Shown: positions 23,573 to 40,755 of the stretch, piece after piece | How the letters are laid out: every line of letters starts with the position of its first letter | How positions within the stretch are numbered: position 1 is the stretch's first letter | DNA from: Adineta vaga | Taxonomy: Eukaryota > Animalia > Rotifera | Assembly: GCA_021613535.1 (NCBI GenBank) | Contig: CP075492.1 | Span: 12,710,001-12,774,000 of the forward strand | DNA: 64,000 bases | Direction of reading: 5' to 3' | Position numbers and translations under genes: made by a program | Notes under the pieces: generated by a model | Databases searched by the model: none | Told to the model about the DNA's origin: nothing | The model's input: only the letters and a program-made list of their open reading frames with translations

Positions 23573-24833
23573 ATGAATTACGTTCCATTAAATCATAAAC
23601 AAGATCAATCTTCTTCGTCTTCATCTTCAATGTCCTATAAAAAATCCAATACATTTTATTTCAATCAACAAACACCTCGGTTACAAATGCCACGACCACA
23701 ATTTAATTTTACAGTTAATAATCGTCCACATAATTTTTCTCGAATGAAATTTCAATCATCAGAAATACGTCCTCCTCTAACATCCCTACCATTTCCTACA
23801 ATTACTCCCGTAACATCTACTGATTCGATTCCTCGAAATAATGTTCAACAAAAATTAGCAGCATTAACATTACGTTTAGAAAAAGAATTTGAAAATGAAG
23901 CAACTGTTGGTGAATATTATGGTCAATGTACAAAATGTAGACAATCCATAACTGGCTCATCATCGGATGCTTGTCAAGCAATGGGTAAACTTTATCATAA
24001 TGAATGTTTTAAATGTGTCATTTGTTCTCGGATATTACGAGGGAAATCATTTTATCATATACATAATCAAATCTATTGTGAAGAAGATTATTTGGTAAGC
24101 AATACGAATACATTTATACCTTCCAGATGATGTGTGTTTTTTTTTTCTCGTCAATAATGTTAACCTTCATAGAATTTCTTTGATTTTAGTTTACTGGTTT
24201 TCAAAAAACAATAGAAAAATGTTATATTTGTGATCATCTGATTATGGATCAGGTAACTAGATTTAGTAGTACAATGAATACTCTATCTATTCAATTCAGA
24301 TGCTTCAAGCACTTGGACATACGTATCATCCAGGATGTTTTCGTTGTTCAAAATGTAATGAATCTCTTGATGGTCTACCATTTACTATTGATAAAGATCA
24401 ACGTTTATTTTGTTTATATGATTATCATAAGTAAGCATTCGTTTTCCTTCGAATTTTTCAATAAAAAAGATCTTATTTTCAGTACTTATGCAACCAGATG
24501 TGCAAAATGTGCATATCCAATATGTCCCGAAGACGTAAGACAAAATAAATGAAAATCGATTTTTTGCATTCTTTAGTTTCTTCTCTAGGGTTCTTATGAA
24601 ACAATACGTGTCATAGCTATGAATAAAAATTTTCATGTTGAATGTTATCGTTGTGAAGTAAGATCGATTTAATACCAATATGATCTATGTAATGTTCTGT
24701 TGATTTTTAGGATTGTCAATCTAGTTTGAGTGACGAACAAACAACAACTCTCTTAGGTGGTTGTTGTCCATTACCAGATGGCACATTATTATGTTATCGA
24801 TGTCGAATGCATCGAGGTATTAATGAGAAATAA
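23573..24833 (+). CDS. Ajuba/LIMD1/WTIP-family triple-LIM protein, copy 1
   Basis: KLAALTLRLEKE, EYYGQCTKC..ACQAMGKLYH..LRGKSFY..YCEEDYL/FTGFQ; three LIM domains. Confidence 0.9.
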
Positions 24834-25432
24834 ATCATTTACATATGTATAAATCCATAAAGATGACAAATTATTCGAATCAAATGTAATTATAATGATA
24901 AACATTACATGCCTTTGATTTTCAATGAATGTTCAAAGCAATAAATGATAAAAGCAATTTTGTTTTTCTCAAATAATTCAAACAAAAACAAACGATTTCT
25001 ATTAAATACATAAAATGACTTTTGTTTTTATTAGTTAAATAATACTTTTTTTTACGAGCATACATATTCTCGCATCTTCTCATAAACATCGTTCTAAACC
25101 ATTCTCTCGTATAAAAACAGAAAAAAAAGATCACTTTTTATGTTTCTATTAGGTTGCATAATTGCTTGAATATATTGTTCTGCTCGAATTTTATAAAGTG
25201 TGCTGATATACAATACGACCAAAAAAGTTGCTCTGCTTATCATTCCGAACAGAATGTGCAAGAAAAAGAACGAAAACACATACAAGATACAGACACAAAA
25301 AAGAAGAAAAGAAAAGCGAGACGTGACCACAGATATGATTATTTGAATAAAGGACACAAGATAGAATGATTATATCCGAGTCATCCGTACAGTTTTAACT
25401 GACTAAAAACTCTTGATAAAAATTGCTTTGCG

Positions 25433-26271
25433 TTATTTTGACTGAGCATGAGGTTGGTGAACAACAGGATCTCTCGGTTGTTCAATATTAAATGGCGAAA
25501 CTAATTCGCATAATTCTTTATTTTCCATTAGTAATTGAATAAATTCCTTGGATGTTACTTTGATATCATCTAAATCTTTGTTGCCATGATTTAAATTTTC
25601 AAGCGATCGTTTCAATTCTTCAATGATACGTGAGGTATTTTCGGGATCATCTTTTGCATGAAGTCTCATTGCAATCTTAGAAAAGAAAAAAAGATGAAGT
25701 TATTTCAATCATTAATTCTTTGAAATCTAAGGAAGAAAAAGCTTATTTACTTTAACCATACGATCAATTTCTTTCTTATTGATAACACCATCTTTATCGT
25801 GATCATACGTTCGAAAAACATATTTAAGTTTTTCTCGAATACTACCCGTGGATGTCAATGCAAAACCAATTAAAAACTCGCGTTGATCTGATACGAAAAG
25901 AAAATTCGTTGTTAATTGTTTTTGATAAGAAAATATCTCAATAAATTACATACCGACAATACCATCGTTATTTGAATCGAATGCTTTATGAATATCAGTT
26001 GCTTGTTTTTCAATTTGATCTTCTTTTCCACTATTGATACTACGTAAAAAACTCACCGTATCGGCTTTGGAAATTTTTCCATTAGGACATGCTGCCTGGA
26101 AATGAAACGAACGATATTGAATGAAGAAAGACGAAAATCAAACAAAAGACAAACCTTGAGTTTTTCATACCAAACTTTGACACTTTCATGATCGATTTTA
26201 GCTTTGCTAGAAATAAATTCGATATCTTCTTCACTTAATTCTGCTGGTGTTTGTGATGAACTTGATCCCAT
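25433..26271 (-). CDS. neuronal calcium sensor-like EF-hand protein (N-myristoylation motif)
   Basis: MG start, CPNGKI, FDSNNDGIV/DQREF, EKLKYVFRTYDHDKDGVINKKE; 4 exons. Confidence 0.88.
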
Positions 26272-26507
26272 TTCAATATTTACGAATATATTCTTTTCCG
26301 CCTAGGCGGATATGAGTTCTCAAATAAGAAGTATCGAGAGATTAAAATCGAATAATTTAATCTAGAACTAGAAAGAGAAAAATCATGAGAATTCATTCGG
26401 GAATTATCCATCTTCGAGTAAAGAAAATATACATAACGCGTGGTTATTAACATTCAAAACAAAAAATATCTGCGAGATTAGATTACAGATAGAATCGGCA
26501 TGATTAA

Positions 26508-27700
26508 CTATTCTCTCCAATTGCCTGTGTTTGGATTATAATACAAGTGTATTTCTTCTGTCGAATCAACAAAAGACATTTGAATTGTATACATTGGTTC
26601 TTCACCTTTCAATACTTTTTGAATCATATATTATTTGTGTATTTTGTTTAACAATTATGCAAATTTTTGAAAAAAGTGTATAAACAATATCTTGATTGAG
26701 ATTGAAACTCCTGATAGAAATAGTATGTTGTTTAATTGTTAGACATATGCGTCGATGAAGTTCCCATTCGGGTATTGATATGTCTCATTTTCTGATCAAT
26801 TTTTCCATAAGATCATCACACATTGTATGAATATTGAGTTTAGCTAACGAAGCTAATAGAGTTGATTGTAAATTGCCAATAGCTAATTTTCCTCCTTGTT
26901 GACCAACAATCTGACGATTGGGCGCAGCAGGTGTTACACGTAATGAGGACCCTAATACTAAACAAACATCAGCACGTTTTGCATGATCAAAACTTGTTTC
27001 TAATTCATGTTTTGGTAAACTTTCACCAAAATTAATAATCGAATCAGAAAGGATTGATCTACACTTTGTACATTTACGATTCGTTGCACGATCATGAACT
27101 TGAGAAGATGTTCATGTACGAAAATCACGCAAATATTTCGTATGACATCTTTGACAAAGTTCTAAATTCGAATTTCCATGAAGTTCAGCTAACATTATTG
27201 CCGGTAGACTATCTGTATTTTGTCAGACAACAAAATGAAGAAGATTTCGACGTGCTAATTCTACTAATGCCATATGTGTAACGGATGGAATCGCTTTTGT
27301 TGATATTGTTGTACGTGCATTTAGTGAATGTATAGAACCAGGATGATCACGAAGTTCCCAAACATCTGGTTCCGTCAGTAATAAAGTATTCATCCTCGAT
27401 CGAAAATCAGAAATACAAGATAAAAATCACCTTTGTCATCCGATTTAATGAAATTATTTCATGCATCGATAAGAATAATGCGGGATGTTCTATATGGCAG
27501 GATATACTCACCCTGTTGATGTTGATACACCGGCACCTAATGAAAGAAATCATCATTCACATCGATGTTGTTGTACTTTTATTTATAGTCTAACCAGTAA
27601 AGACAATAAAATGTTTAGCATTTCGTATCCAATCGGCAAGTTTACCAATTTTTCGATCGAGTGTATCAGGTGAATTTTCATCTGAAATGCCATGTGCCAT
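26508..27700 (-). pseudogene. class IV (SIRT6/7-like) sirtuin pseudogene
   Basis: VFTG/AGVSTST, DFRS.MNT, ELHGNSNLE.C..C, DSIINFGE, LGSSLRVTPA; in-frame TGA at 27223, 27112 and 26785; lost acceptor; deletion after QNTD; 3' frameshift. Confidence 0.85.
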
Positions 27701-28190
27701 TTTTATTCTCTTGTAAATAAGTTAATTCAAATCTAAAATCAGACATACGCGTTTTTTTTCCTATATACACAAATACATAAAGAAAATGATCACTCAATAA
27801 TCTTATGTATATCAAAAATCTGATTAGTTCAATCACAAAAGAATGTAAAAAGAACACTTTTGAGTTTTAAAAAGAAAGAATAAGAATGAATGTATATTTT
27901 AATCTGTTAATTGAATCTAACCAATAGCAGAAGTTCGTCATCTATAGTAAAGATAAAGAAAACAACACATAACAACAATCAGATCGACAAGAATGTCTAC
28001 AAGAAAGAAATCACAAGTAGCCAAGCTGCGAGTCACACACACACACGCACACACACACACAATAACTATTACCAAAACAGTGTCTGTACATATCTTTTTA
28101 ACACACAAAACAGGAGTAATTTTAGCGATAGATAAGACCCGATTACATAGAAAATAAATAATGTGAAAAGAAAGAAGCAAATATATAGAA

Positions 28191-30588
<2,398 letters not shown>

Positions 30589-31106
30589 TCTTGCCGATGA
30601 TGATGATGATGATGATGATGCAGCGGCAGCAGCAACAGCGGCGGCGGCGGCGGCGAGTGAGGGATGAATGAGGAGGTCCACTCTATTTGTTTTACTTTAG
30701 AGAAAAGTATATTGTTTAAAATAAAAAATACGTAAAGAATGGTAGTTGTTTCTTTTTTCTTGTATTAAGTAGGCTTCTTTTTTCGTTTCCACATTATCGA
30801 TCAACCGGTAGGGCGAAGCGGTAAACAAAATAAACATAATGAGCGACCATGTGACATGCCTTTGCTCCTTCAATTAACTTTTATAGTGATGTTGGTAGTG
30901 ACATCTTTCTAGGCACGACTAAAATATTTCACTGGATCAAACTTGATTATTCATTCAGTGTGAGTATCACATCACACATAACGAACGAAGCAATAACAAT
31001 CCTTTTAACAAGTATTGATTCTATAAATAACAGATCAAAGATCATATAATCATAAATAGAACATCGAATAGATATTTTTGTTGTTTTCAGATAACTATTC
31101 CATCAA

Positions 31107-33276
31107 ATGGCTCAAGGTACCTTATCGCTCGGTGGTGAACGTATTACAGGTTTGTAGACCAAAAAAAATAAAGTATTGATAACAAAATCGCATGATCTTT
31201 TTCTTTATATTCATTTTTAGGTGATTCCGTTCGTACTCAAAATGGTAAAAAGACTTTTTGTAAAGATATTTCAATTCCTTCTCTTCTTCTGTAATATGTA
31301 GTTTTAGCTGCAATGGCAATTGCAAATATCGTTCGAACATCATTAGGTCCATTAGGACTTGATAAAATGCTTGTTGATGATATTGGCGTAAGTAAAGATT
31401 TCTTTTCTCAATAATCATAACGAAAATCCATTTAGGATGTAACAATTACAAATGATGGTGCTACCATTCTTAAATTGCTCGAAGTTGAACATCCTGCAGC
31501 TAAAGTACTTGTCGAATTAGCTCAATTACAAGATCAAGAAGTTGGTGATGGGACAACAAGTGTCGTATGTAAAGAAAACATTGTTTTCGTTGTAGAAATA
31601 AAACTTGCATTTTTCTAGGTTATTATTGCAGCTGAATTACTAAAAAATGCGGATCAACTTGTAAAACAAAAAATTCATCCAACATCTGTTATCAGTGGTT
31701 ATAAATTAGCATGCAAGTAAGACACAATATTATTAAACTTAATATAAATAAGAATCAAAATCCTTTTTAGATCAGCCGTCAAATATATCCAAGAAAAAAT
31801 GATTATTAATTCTGATAAAATCGGTAATAGTTGTTTAATAAATGTTGCAAAAACATCGATGGCAAGTAAGGTGATTGGCATGTACGTATTGATTGTAATT
31901 TTAATCGTTGATCTTCTATGTATTTATTGTAGGGACTCAGATTTCTTTGCTAAAATGTGTGTTGATGCTGCGAATCTTGTTAAATTTACTGAAAAAGATA
32001 AAGTAATAATACCGGTGAAATCAATCAATGTATTAAAAGCACATGGTCGATCAATTCGTGAAAGTAGTTTAATATCTGGTTATGCATTGAATTGTACTGT
32101 TGCATCACAACTGATGATTAAACGAATTCGAAATGCAAAAATTGCATGTTTGGATTTTAGTTTACAAAAAGTACGAATGAAATTAGGCGTACAAATTGTT
32201 GTAGAAGATCCAGAAAAATTGGAAGCAATTCGACGAAGGTGTGATAGTTTTTTCTTTGATGATTAAGATTGTACAATGACATATGTATGCACGTTTAGAG
32301 AAACAAATATTGCTAAAGAACGTGTTGCAGAATTATTAAATGCAGGAGCTAACGTTATTTTAACAACTGGTGGTATTGATGATCTTTGTTTAAAACAATT
32401 TATTGAAGCAGAAGCAATGGCTGTTCGACGTTGTAAAAAGTCAGATTTGAAGCGTATTGCTAAAGCAACAGGAGGTAAAATACTAGAAAAAGCTTGTTAA
32501 TCTACTGCTATATGTTTTAATATATGTATATTTAGCTACATTATTAACCGCTCTGGCAAATATGCAAGGTGAAGAATCTGTTGATGCATCAGTCATTGGT
32601 AGTGCTGCTGAAGTTGTTCAAGAACGTATTTGTGATGATGAGCTTATACTTATTCGAGGGCCAAAAGCACGTACAGCTGCTTCAATTATCATACGAGGTG
32701 CAAATGATTTCATGTGTGATGAAATTGAACGATCGATACATGATGCTCTATGTGTTGTAAAACGTGTCTTAGAATCAAAACAAGTTGTACCCGGTGGTGG
32801 CTGTTGTGAAACAGCTCTTTCTATTTATTTAGAAAATTTTGCTACTACTATCGTATGAATTTAATTGACTCGATAAAATCCAATAGAAACTTTGTATTAT
32901 TCTTCTATTTCAGAATTCAAGAGAACAATTAGCTGTTGCTGAATTTGCTTCAGCACTTTTATCAATTCCAAAAGCATTAAGCGTCAATGCAGGACAAGAT
33001 GCTTCTGATCTGATTGCAAAACTTCGTGCTTATCATAATGCATCTCAAATAATAGCCGAGAGAGAACAGTTAAAATGGTTCGGTTTAGATCTTCAACTTG
33101 GTAAACTTCGTGATTGTGTATCGAATGGAGTTCTTGAACCAGCAATATCAAAAATAAAAACATTAAAATATGCTACTGAAGCAGCAATTACAATATTACG
33201 TATTGATGATATGATTAAACTTGATAAAGAAGAAAAACGAGGTAGACATGGTGGTGGTGCTGATGAATGTATGTAA
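31107..33276 (+). CDS. TCP1: chaperonin CCT alpha subunit
   Basis: [64 protein letters not shown]. Confidence 0.97.
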
Positions 33277-33627
33277 CGAATAACAATCAATCAAAAACAA
33301 TCTATTTATGAGGGTGTGTGTGTGTGTGTATGATTTTTTTATTTACTATTTTTCATTGTTAATGTTTTGATTCTTTTGGAAAAGAAAATTACGATAGATT
33401 TTTATATGAATTTTATTTCTTTCTATAATAAGATCATAAGGTTATTGAGAGAATATGAATATGAATAATTGATTACAATTGAATATAGAAAAAGAAATAT
33501 GATTAAATATCAATGAATTGCAAATGGATATTTGATTGAAGAATAGCGAGTGGAATATAATTCTTGTGGTTAGTATAGATGAGAATAGTGACCATATATA
33601 AACGAAACGTTATACGAATAAATCAGT

Positions 33628-35587
33628 ATGGCATTGATTCATCGTTATACAACTGACTTTTCAACAAAGGCAATACCTCATCATCAAACGTATGATAGTC
33701 AAACATCCATTGCAAAAGTTGCAGATGATATAAGCTCGATAAAAAAACAAGATGCAGATGAAAAACGTTATCTTCATTCCTTAAATGATCGACTTGAAGA
33801 ATTTCTCAATGGTTTAGATGCTCTTGAATTAGCTAATAAAAAATTACGAGATGAATTGAATTATTTAATTACAAGTTGGGGTATTGGTGGTGAAAATCGT
33901 GCACGTTTTCTTCAAGAACTTGATCAAGTTACTCAACATTTATCGAAACAAAGTCGACAAAGAGCAATTCTTCAAGCTGAAACCAAAGTTTTCGAAGAAC
34001 AAGCACTTCTTACTGATCGTGTTACTTCTGTTTTTCTCGATGTACGTCGTTTATACGAAGATAAACAAGAATTTCTCTTAGATTATCTTCGTCAATTAGA
34101 AGATAAATATCATAAAATTCAACTTCGTCTTGATATTAGTAATGGTCAAGTGAAATCTCTTGATGATGATTATCAAAAAGAACTGGCAAAATTTCGTTCT
34201 TATCTAGCTGAATGGTCACAAATCGCATTAGATCGACAAAAACTATTGATTCAAATACAATCCCTTCGAGAACATTATAATCTTCGTTTAGCTTATAATC
34301 AAGAAGAAATTAATGAATGGAAACGTTTATTAAATCATATAACACAAGATTCAACAAGTTTCTATCGAGATTATTTAGATACAATCAAACAACAAATCTA
34401 TAATGATTATGAAAAAATGGCGAAAGAACAACAAATGGACATTGAAATGGAATATAAAACACGTTTAAATGATATTCAAGAGAAAATTAAGATGGGCTTA
34501 TTGGTAGATGAAAATGGTTTGTAATTAATTCAGCTACATCATTTTTTCCCCCGTATTCTATTGAATTTATTTGATTTTAGATGAACGACGTCGTCGTGAA
34601 GAAACTCATCGTTTTGAAACTCGTCTCAATGAATATACAAAAGATTTCGATCAACTTCAATCCGATTATCGAACATTAGCCGAGGAAAATCAACGTAAAC
34701 GACGTTTATTAAAAGATTTAGAAAATGAAGCACGAAATAAAGGAAGAAAACATGCAGAACAACATGCACAACTTCAACGAGACACTGATATGACACGTGC
34801 AGAATATTATGCATTAAAAGATGAATTAGATAAATTAGTATATACACTTCGATTTAGTATTGAAGAAGAATTACGAATCTATGAAGCATTATTGAATTCT
34901 TTACATCGAAAAAAAGATCCTCGACCAGCATTAGATATATCAACGAATATTCGACAAACAAAAACTACAATTAATGAAAATACAGATCGAAATCGATATG
35001 CAATTGAAAAAGACATATTGAATCAAAATCAAAAAACAACAACGTCGACAACACGAACAACAAAACGTTCCGGACAAGAAATCGATAGAAAACAACAAAT
35101 TAATATAGATAAAACAAGAGCTACACAAGAAGTATCTGAACTTAGTGAAAAATATATGCAAAATAAAATTCATATCACACGAAAATATAAAGGTAAAATG
35201 AGAGAATACGAGGAACAAATTAATAAATCAATATTTGATTTAGGAAATATTTTGATCAAATTTGTTGATGTTGGTGGTCGTTTTGTTGAAATTGAAAATA
35301 CCGGTAATCATTCACGTGATTTAACCAGATGGTATATTGAACGAGTTGTTGATGGTCGACGAATAAATTATGTCTTTCCAACATTTGAACTTCAACCACA
35401 TGATACCGTTAGAATCTATGGAAATTATCACCAACGATCTTCATCTCCACCATCTACAGATGATTCATATCAACAATTAATTGCACCAAATTTTCATAAT
35501 TGGGATACGGGACGACAAATGCGTACAGAATTATTCAATCGGGATGATATTGGTAAAGCATTATTTGAACAAACAATAAAAGATTAA
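33628..35587 (+). CDS. intermediate filament protein with lamin-tail domain (cytoplasmic protostome type)
   Basis: coil 1A EKRYLHSLNDRLEEF, rod end EEELRIYEALLN, LTD GRFVEIENTG..DLTRWYIER; no CaaX; 2 introns. Confidence 0.85.
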
Positions 35588-36938
35588 AACAAAAAAAAGG
35601 CTATATGAACTATTCAGTTCATAGAGAAAAAAAGATTTCTGGATAACACTTTTTCACAAGTTTCATGGATAATATCTATTTGAGATACATCAATATATTC
35701 ATATGAGAATGATCACGCTTAACTTTGTAATAATAATCAGTTACAAGTAGAATTTGATATTCGTGGATAAAAAATTACACTACAAGTGCACAATGTAAAT
35801 TTTCCAACTGCAATGTTCATCAAAGTTGGAAGCAGTAACAAAATGAGTCCATCGAAGAAATAGTCGAATTTTACACTAAGCTATCTTACGTTTACATCAG
35901 TTTTGCGAAAAGAAAACAGTTCTTTAATTTCTATGATCATAGGGTATGCTTGACAGCATTGTTCTTAATATATTATTTTGTAGAACATATCAGCAAGAAA
36001 AAGAAAAATATCAAAGCAATTCTGAATTTCGAGATTTGGCATTTTGTCATCAACAATCTTCACATTACACAGAAGTATTTAGAATACAAAAATTATTTCA
36101 TCGTGATTACATTGAGAGAGTATTATTTGGACAAATAAAACAAAAAAGAAGATATTCCGATAAATGATTGATTTTATACTATTATACTCATAAGTAAATA
36201 ACATTTTAGATAGAAACTCGTATCTGATATTTACTCATATAATGTAACAGAAAATAGCAAAGAAATAGACGCCAGTGGGTAACATTTAACATCTAATCTC
36301 AAACATACTGATAGTACGATACTAATTACATAACAAAGAATCTTTTTGACATTCTTTTCTGGGAATTAATTATAGTGTGAAATTTCCAAAGCCACTTGTC
36401 ATTTTTGTCGAATAATCGATCGCATAACAAATTATTCGATGAGAAGAATCATCAACTGAGCTATTAAAAGAAGAAAAAAAGACAATGTATATATGTGTAT
36501 TAGATAATCTCGTCCTAACTGATCCATCTGCCTGACATTTTTTTCATTCTCTTTCTGTCAAAGAAAAAAGTTAAAGGCGTGAATTGGAATTTTAAGTCGA
36601 TCATACATATACAAATGCACAGCTGGATATCAATATTAAAGAGTGCGTGTGAAGAGAAGAAGAAGAAGAAGAAGAGAAAAAATCTGTCTTCCTATTCATT
36701 CGTTTCGTGTGCTATTCGCAATTAAATGATGTGAGGAAAGAAAGAAAAGAAGAAAACGTTCAAAGCAAACGACGAACGAAAAGAAGAAACGAACACGTAT
36801 ATACATATATAATCACATTCCACACATTCCAATGTCGCTTTAGTTCATTCATTTAAAAAAAGACATTTTCAAATTATTCGATAAAAACAAATCTATTCTT
36901 GCAGGTGATACATACATACAAACATACGTTCCCTCTCG

Positions 36939-38744
36939 ATGGCACATGCATTTGATAATCGAAACTTTATTCCTGGAAAACAACAAACATTCTATTCACT
37001 CGTTTCACCATCATCACGTCCAGATATAACAAATGTTCTTTGGGAAGCATCATCATCATCATCACCATCGCCAAGAATTTCATCAGCATCACCACAGGCT
37101 TCACCAAAACCAAATCATCCTCCACCAACTTATGAAGAAAGTATTTTTAATAAGGCATTAGCTAATCGTCATAGTTCACGATCTTCACTTCATTCACCAT
37201 CCATTCGATATCATTCCAATAATCAGCAACAAGAAAATAGTCCTAATCCAACGGCATATGTTTCGTATTCATTACCATCGACACCAAATGATACAAATCA
37301 TTCTCAGCGACAACAATCAACAACAGGTAAATAAAGAAGTTAACTCACATATAATACTAATATTCACTTTAGATGGATATTTTCCATTCGCTCCACCTCA
37401 TCGAAGTTCTGATACAAAACCTCCACCACCTGCTCGTATGCCTAAAGTTCCATCTACAATAAATAATACTTCTATTCATCGTATAAATGCTCCTCCTCCT
37501 CTTCTCCTCAATATTCACCAAGTGGAATGAAAACAAGTACAACCTACCTTAATACTACTCAATTATATATTAATCAAACTTCACCTCCACCACCCCCACC
37601 ACGTTATCCACTTCAACCACCAGCAATTCCTCCACGAAGTTCACCTATATGTCATCAAACCAATGCTAAAACGACTTCAGATCTTCCTTCAATCGCAGCA
37701 TCACCGAAACCAACTAGTCAAACGATTTATCGTTCACCTGTTGTCTCATCAACATCAAAACGAAATGATCTTGCACTTGAAAGACAATTTAATTCACTGT
37801 CAATTAATAACACTCATCTTCATGAAACAAATAATGGATCTAATCTTCGACAATATTCTATTGGTCATTGTCAAAAATGTCATGAATCAATTCTAAATAC
37901 CGATGATTCTTGTGATATACGTAATCAAATGTATCATACTTCATGTGCAAACTGTATTATATGTGGACGCTCAGTAAAAACGAAACATTATTTTGTTAAA
38001 GATCAATTATATTGTGAAGAAGATTTCTTGGTAAAATTGAATAATTGAAAATAACAATATTAGAACTTGTTCGTCTTCTTCTATTTAGTATACAGGTTTC
38101 CATCAAACACTTGAACATTGTATATCTTGTGGACATCTAATAACTGATACAGTAAATGAAATATTTCACTGATTTATTTTGATGAAAAAAAAATGATTTT
38201 TTTTTCTCTAGGTTTTACAAGCACTTGGTCAATCCTATCATTTAACATGTTTTAAATGTTCAAAATGTTCCACATGCTTAGATGGTGTACCATTTATTAC
38301 GGATAAAGATAAAAATCTGTTTTGTTTACATGATTATCATATGTAAAGTATTACTATTTGGTAAAAACAATATAACTATGGAATGTATCTTCTAGAACCT
38401 ATGGACCACGATGTGATAAATGTTCAAATCCAATTTGCCCCGAAGATGTAAAAATAGAAAAAACAAAGAATTTTCTTCAACAAAATGTTTTTTTTTTGAT
38501 TATTTTAGGGATCGAATGAAACTGTACGAATTATTTCGATGGGTAAAACATTTCATGTTCAATGTTATCAATGTCAAGTATGTATTTATGATAATATTAA
38601 ACGAAAAAGTAAATGAGATCTTATTTTTAGGATTGTTCATTACAATTAAATGATGAGCCCGATCGTCGTTGTTATCCATTGGGTGATGTCTTACTTTGTC
38701 AAGCATGTTGTCGTCGACGTCTTGCATCTATTAATCACAAATGA
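36939..38744 (+). CDS. Ajuba/LIMD1/WTIP-family triple-LIM protein, copy 2 (1-nt frameshift near 37501)
   Basis: Pro/Ser-rich preLIM with PPTY and PPRY, YCEEDFL/YTGFHQTLEHC, VLQALGQSYH, same intron positions as copy 1. Confidence 0.85.
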
Positions 38745-39503
38745 TTATGCTAAACATAAAAATAAAATATACATTTCTTTTTCTATTTCTGATATGATTT
38801 CGCCATGAATAAAATTATTATTTTCTCGTGTTCTTATTCAAAAAAAACAAAAGAGAAGCAATATCATTGTTTTTGTATCTTTGACAAAGAGTTTACACTA
38901 GAAAATAGTACAATTATCAATTAAAAACGAATATTGAGAAGGGCATGATAATATTTTTCGTCTTATAGACATGAATAAAATGCGTTTAATGTTGCTAATT
39001 AGAATTATTAGAGAAATTTTGATTTTAGAAGAAGAAGCAGAAGAGAAAATGACTCGGATATGATGTTCTATCAAGGACAAGTTCGAATGAAGAAAAAGAT
39101 TCGTACATTGTCATCATGTTCAAAATGATTAGATTTCTGTAAGTTCGATTCTCTCCCCTTTTTCCTATTCACTGAAGTGAGAACAGAACGGTTAACAAGG
39201 AAAAAAAAGTCAGTCACCCATTATATATAGTCATCCTCAATAACGTTTTTTGTACATTTATATACATATATATATAGGTATATTTATTGGTGTTTTGACA
39301 GATGAAATATCTATCGGCAGGTTACCTGTCACAGTCATGGCTCTTCATTTTCTTTACTTCATAGCTGAATAAACGTGTGTTAGGGTAGGAAAAAGAAGGT
39401 AATAGTCGGGTGACTGCACACATTGATTATTTCTCGATGATAATGTGACGGCCATGAATTTTTCAAAAATTTTAAATAATATTTATTTCCAATTATTCTT
39501 AGG

Positions 39504-40755
39504 ATGAAAAGGTATATTATTTAATTTATTGTCATTAGTGATTTTTTTCTAGAATAAAGAAGATGTGTGCAAAAAAATTTAATGCATATTTTGATCCTGC
39601 AAATTTCTTTTTTGGACAATCACGTAAACGTGCTGCAGCAAAATATGATACCGATGATGGAACAAATGAAGAATCTGGTTATTATAGTTCATCACATCAA
39701 TCGGGCAGTGACACAAGTGATGCACCTCTTCGTTTCATCATTATTCGACATGGAGAACGTGTTGATGTTATGTTTGGTGCTGGTTGGTCACAACGTGCTT
39801 TCGATCAAAATGGTCGTTATTATCCATTTGATACGAATATGCCACCATCATTACCACATCGAACAAATTGGTTAGATTATGATGTCGATACACCATTAAC
39901 TGCTAAAGGTTTATCTCAATCATGGAATGTTGGCAATGTTCTCCATAGATATAATTTACCGGTAACAGCTTGTTATTCATCACCAGCTTTTCGTAGTATT
40001 CAAACAGCCGATCGAATATTGGAAGGCATGGGTCGAAAAGGTAAATACAGATTTCTTGAATCTTTATCATCATTTCGATTTATTTATTCATTTATTAAGG
40101 ACATGTTGCATTACGACTTGAACTTGGTCTTTTTGAATGTACGTCTTGGTATGCACGATCACCAATTAATTTTATGCCTGATTCCGAACTAATCAATGGT
40201 GGTTATAACATTGATACACGTTATCGTTCACAAACGAGTGATCTTCGTTTATTAGAAAATGAATATCAATATTATGATCGATCGAAAGAAACAATGAAAA
40301 AAATTATAAAATTACATCGAAAAACAGGTGGAACAGTATTACTTGTTGCACATGCACCTAGTCTCGAAGTCCTTACACGTCATTTAATGAATGGACAACC
40401 GAGACCTGAACGATTAGCTGAACTTGCTGGTAAAGTTGATTTTTGTAGTATGACTGTTGTTGAAAGAGAATCATCGGTAAAACCATGGCAATTTCGTTAT
40501 TCACTTGATGAACAAGCGAATCAAGGTATTTGGCAACAACATTTACAACTACAACATTCAAATAGCGCTTCAATTCCTTCGAAAACTCCAACTCCAACAA
40601 CAGCAACAACAGCACCAGCACCAGCATCATCAACACCAGCAGCTTATCAACCTCCACTTACATTTACGAATTACTTAGCAAAACCAGTAAATCCAACACC
40701 ACAACTTCAATTTTTTGGGCAACAAGAAGCTTTTCCACCTTACTTTGTTTTATGA
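39504..40755 (+). CDS. UBASH3/Sts-type histidine phosphatase (phosphatase domain only)
   Basis: FIIIRHGERVD, DTPLT, YSSPAFRSIQTA, ELGLFE, LLVAHAPSL; introns after MKR and GRKG. Confidence 0.85.

Noticed and set aside
24922-25369. Short ORFs between the LIM and NCS genes, and similar antisense or AT-rich ORFs across the window
   Set aside because: Low-complexity UTR sequence or shadows of real genes; no motifs
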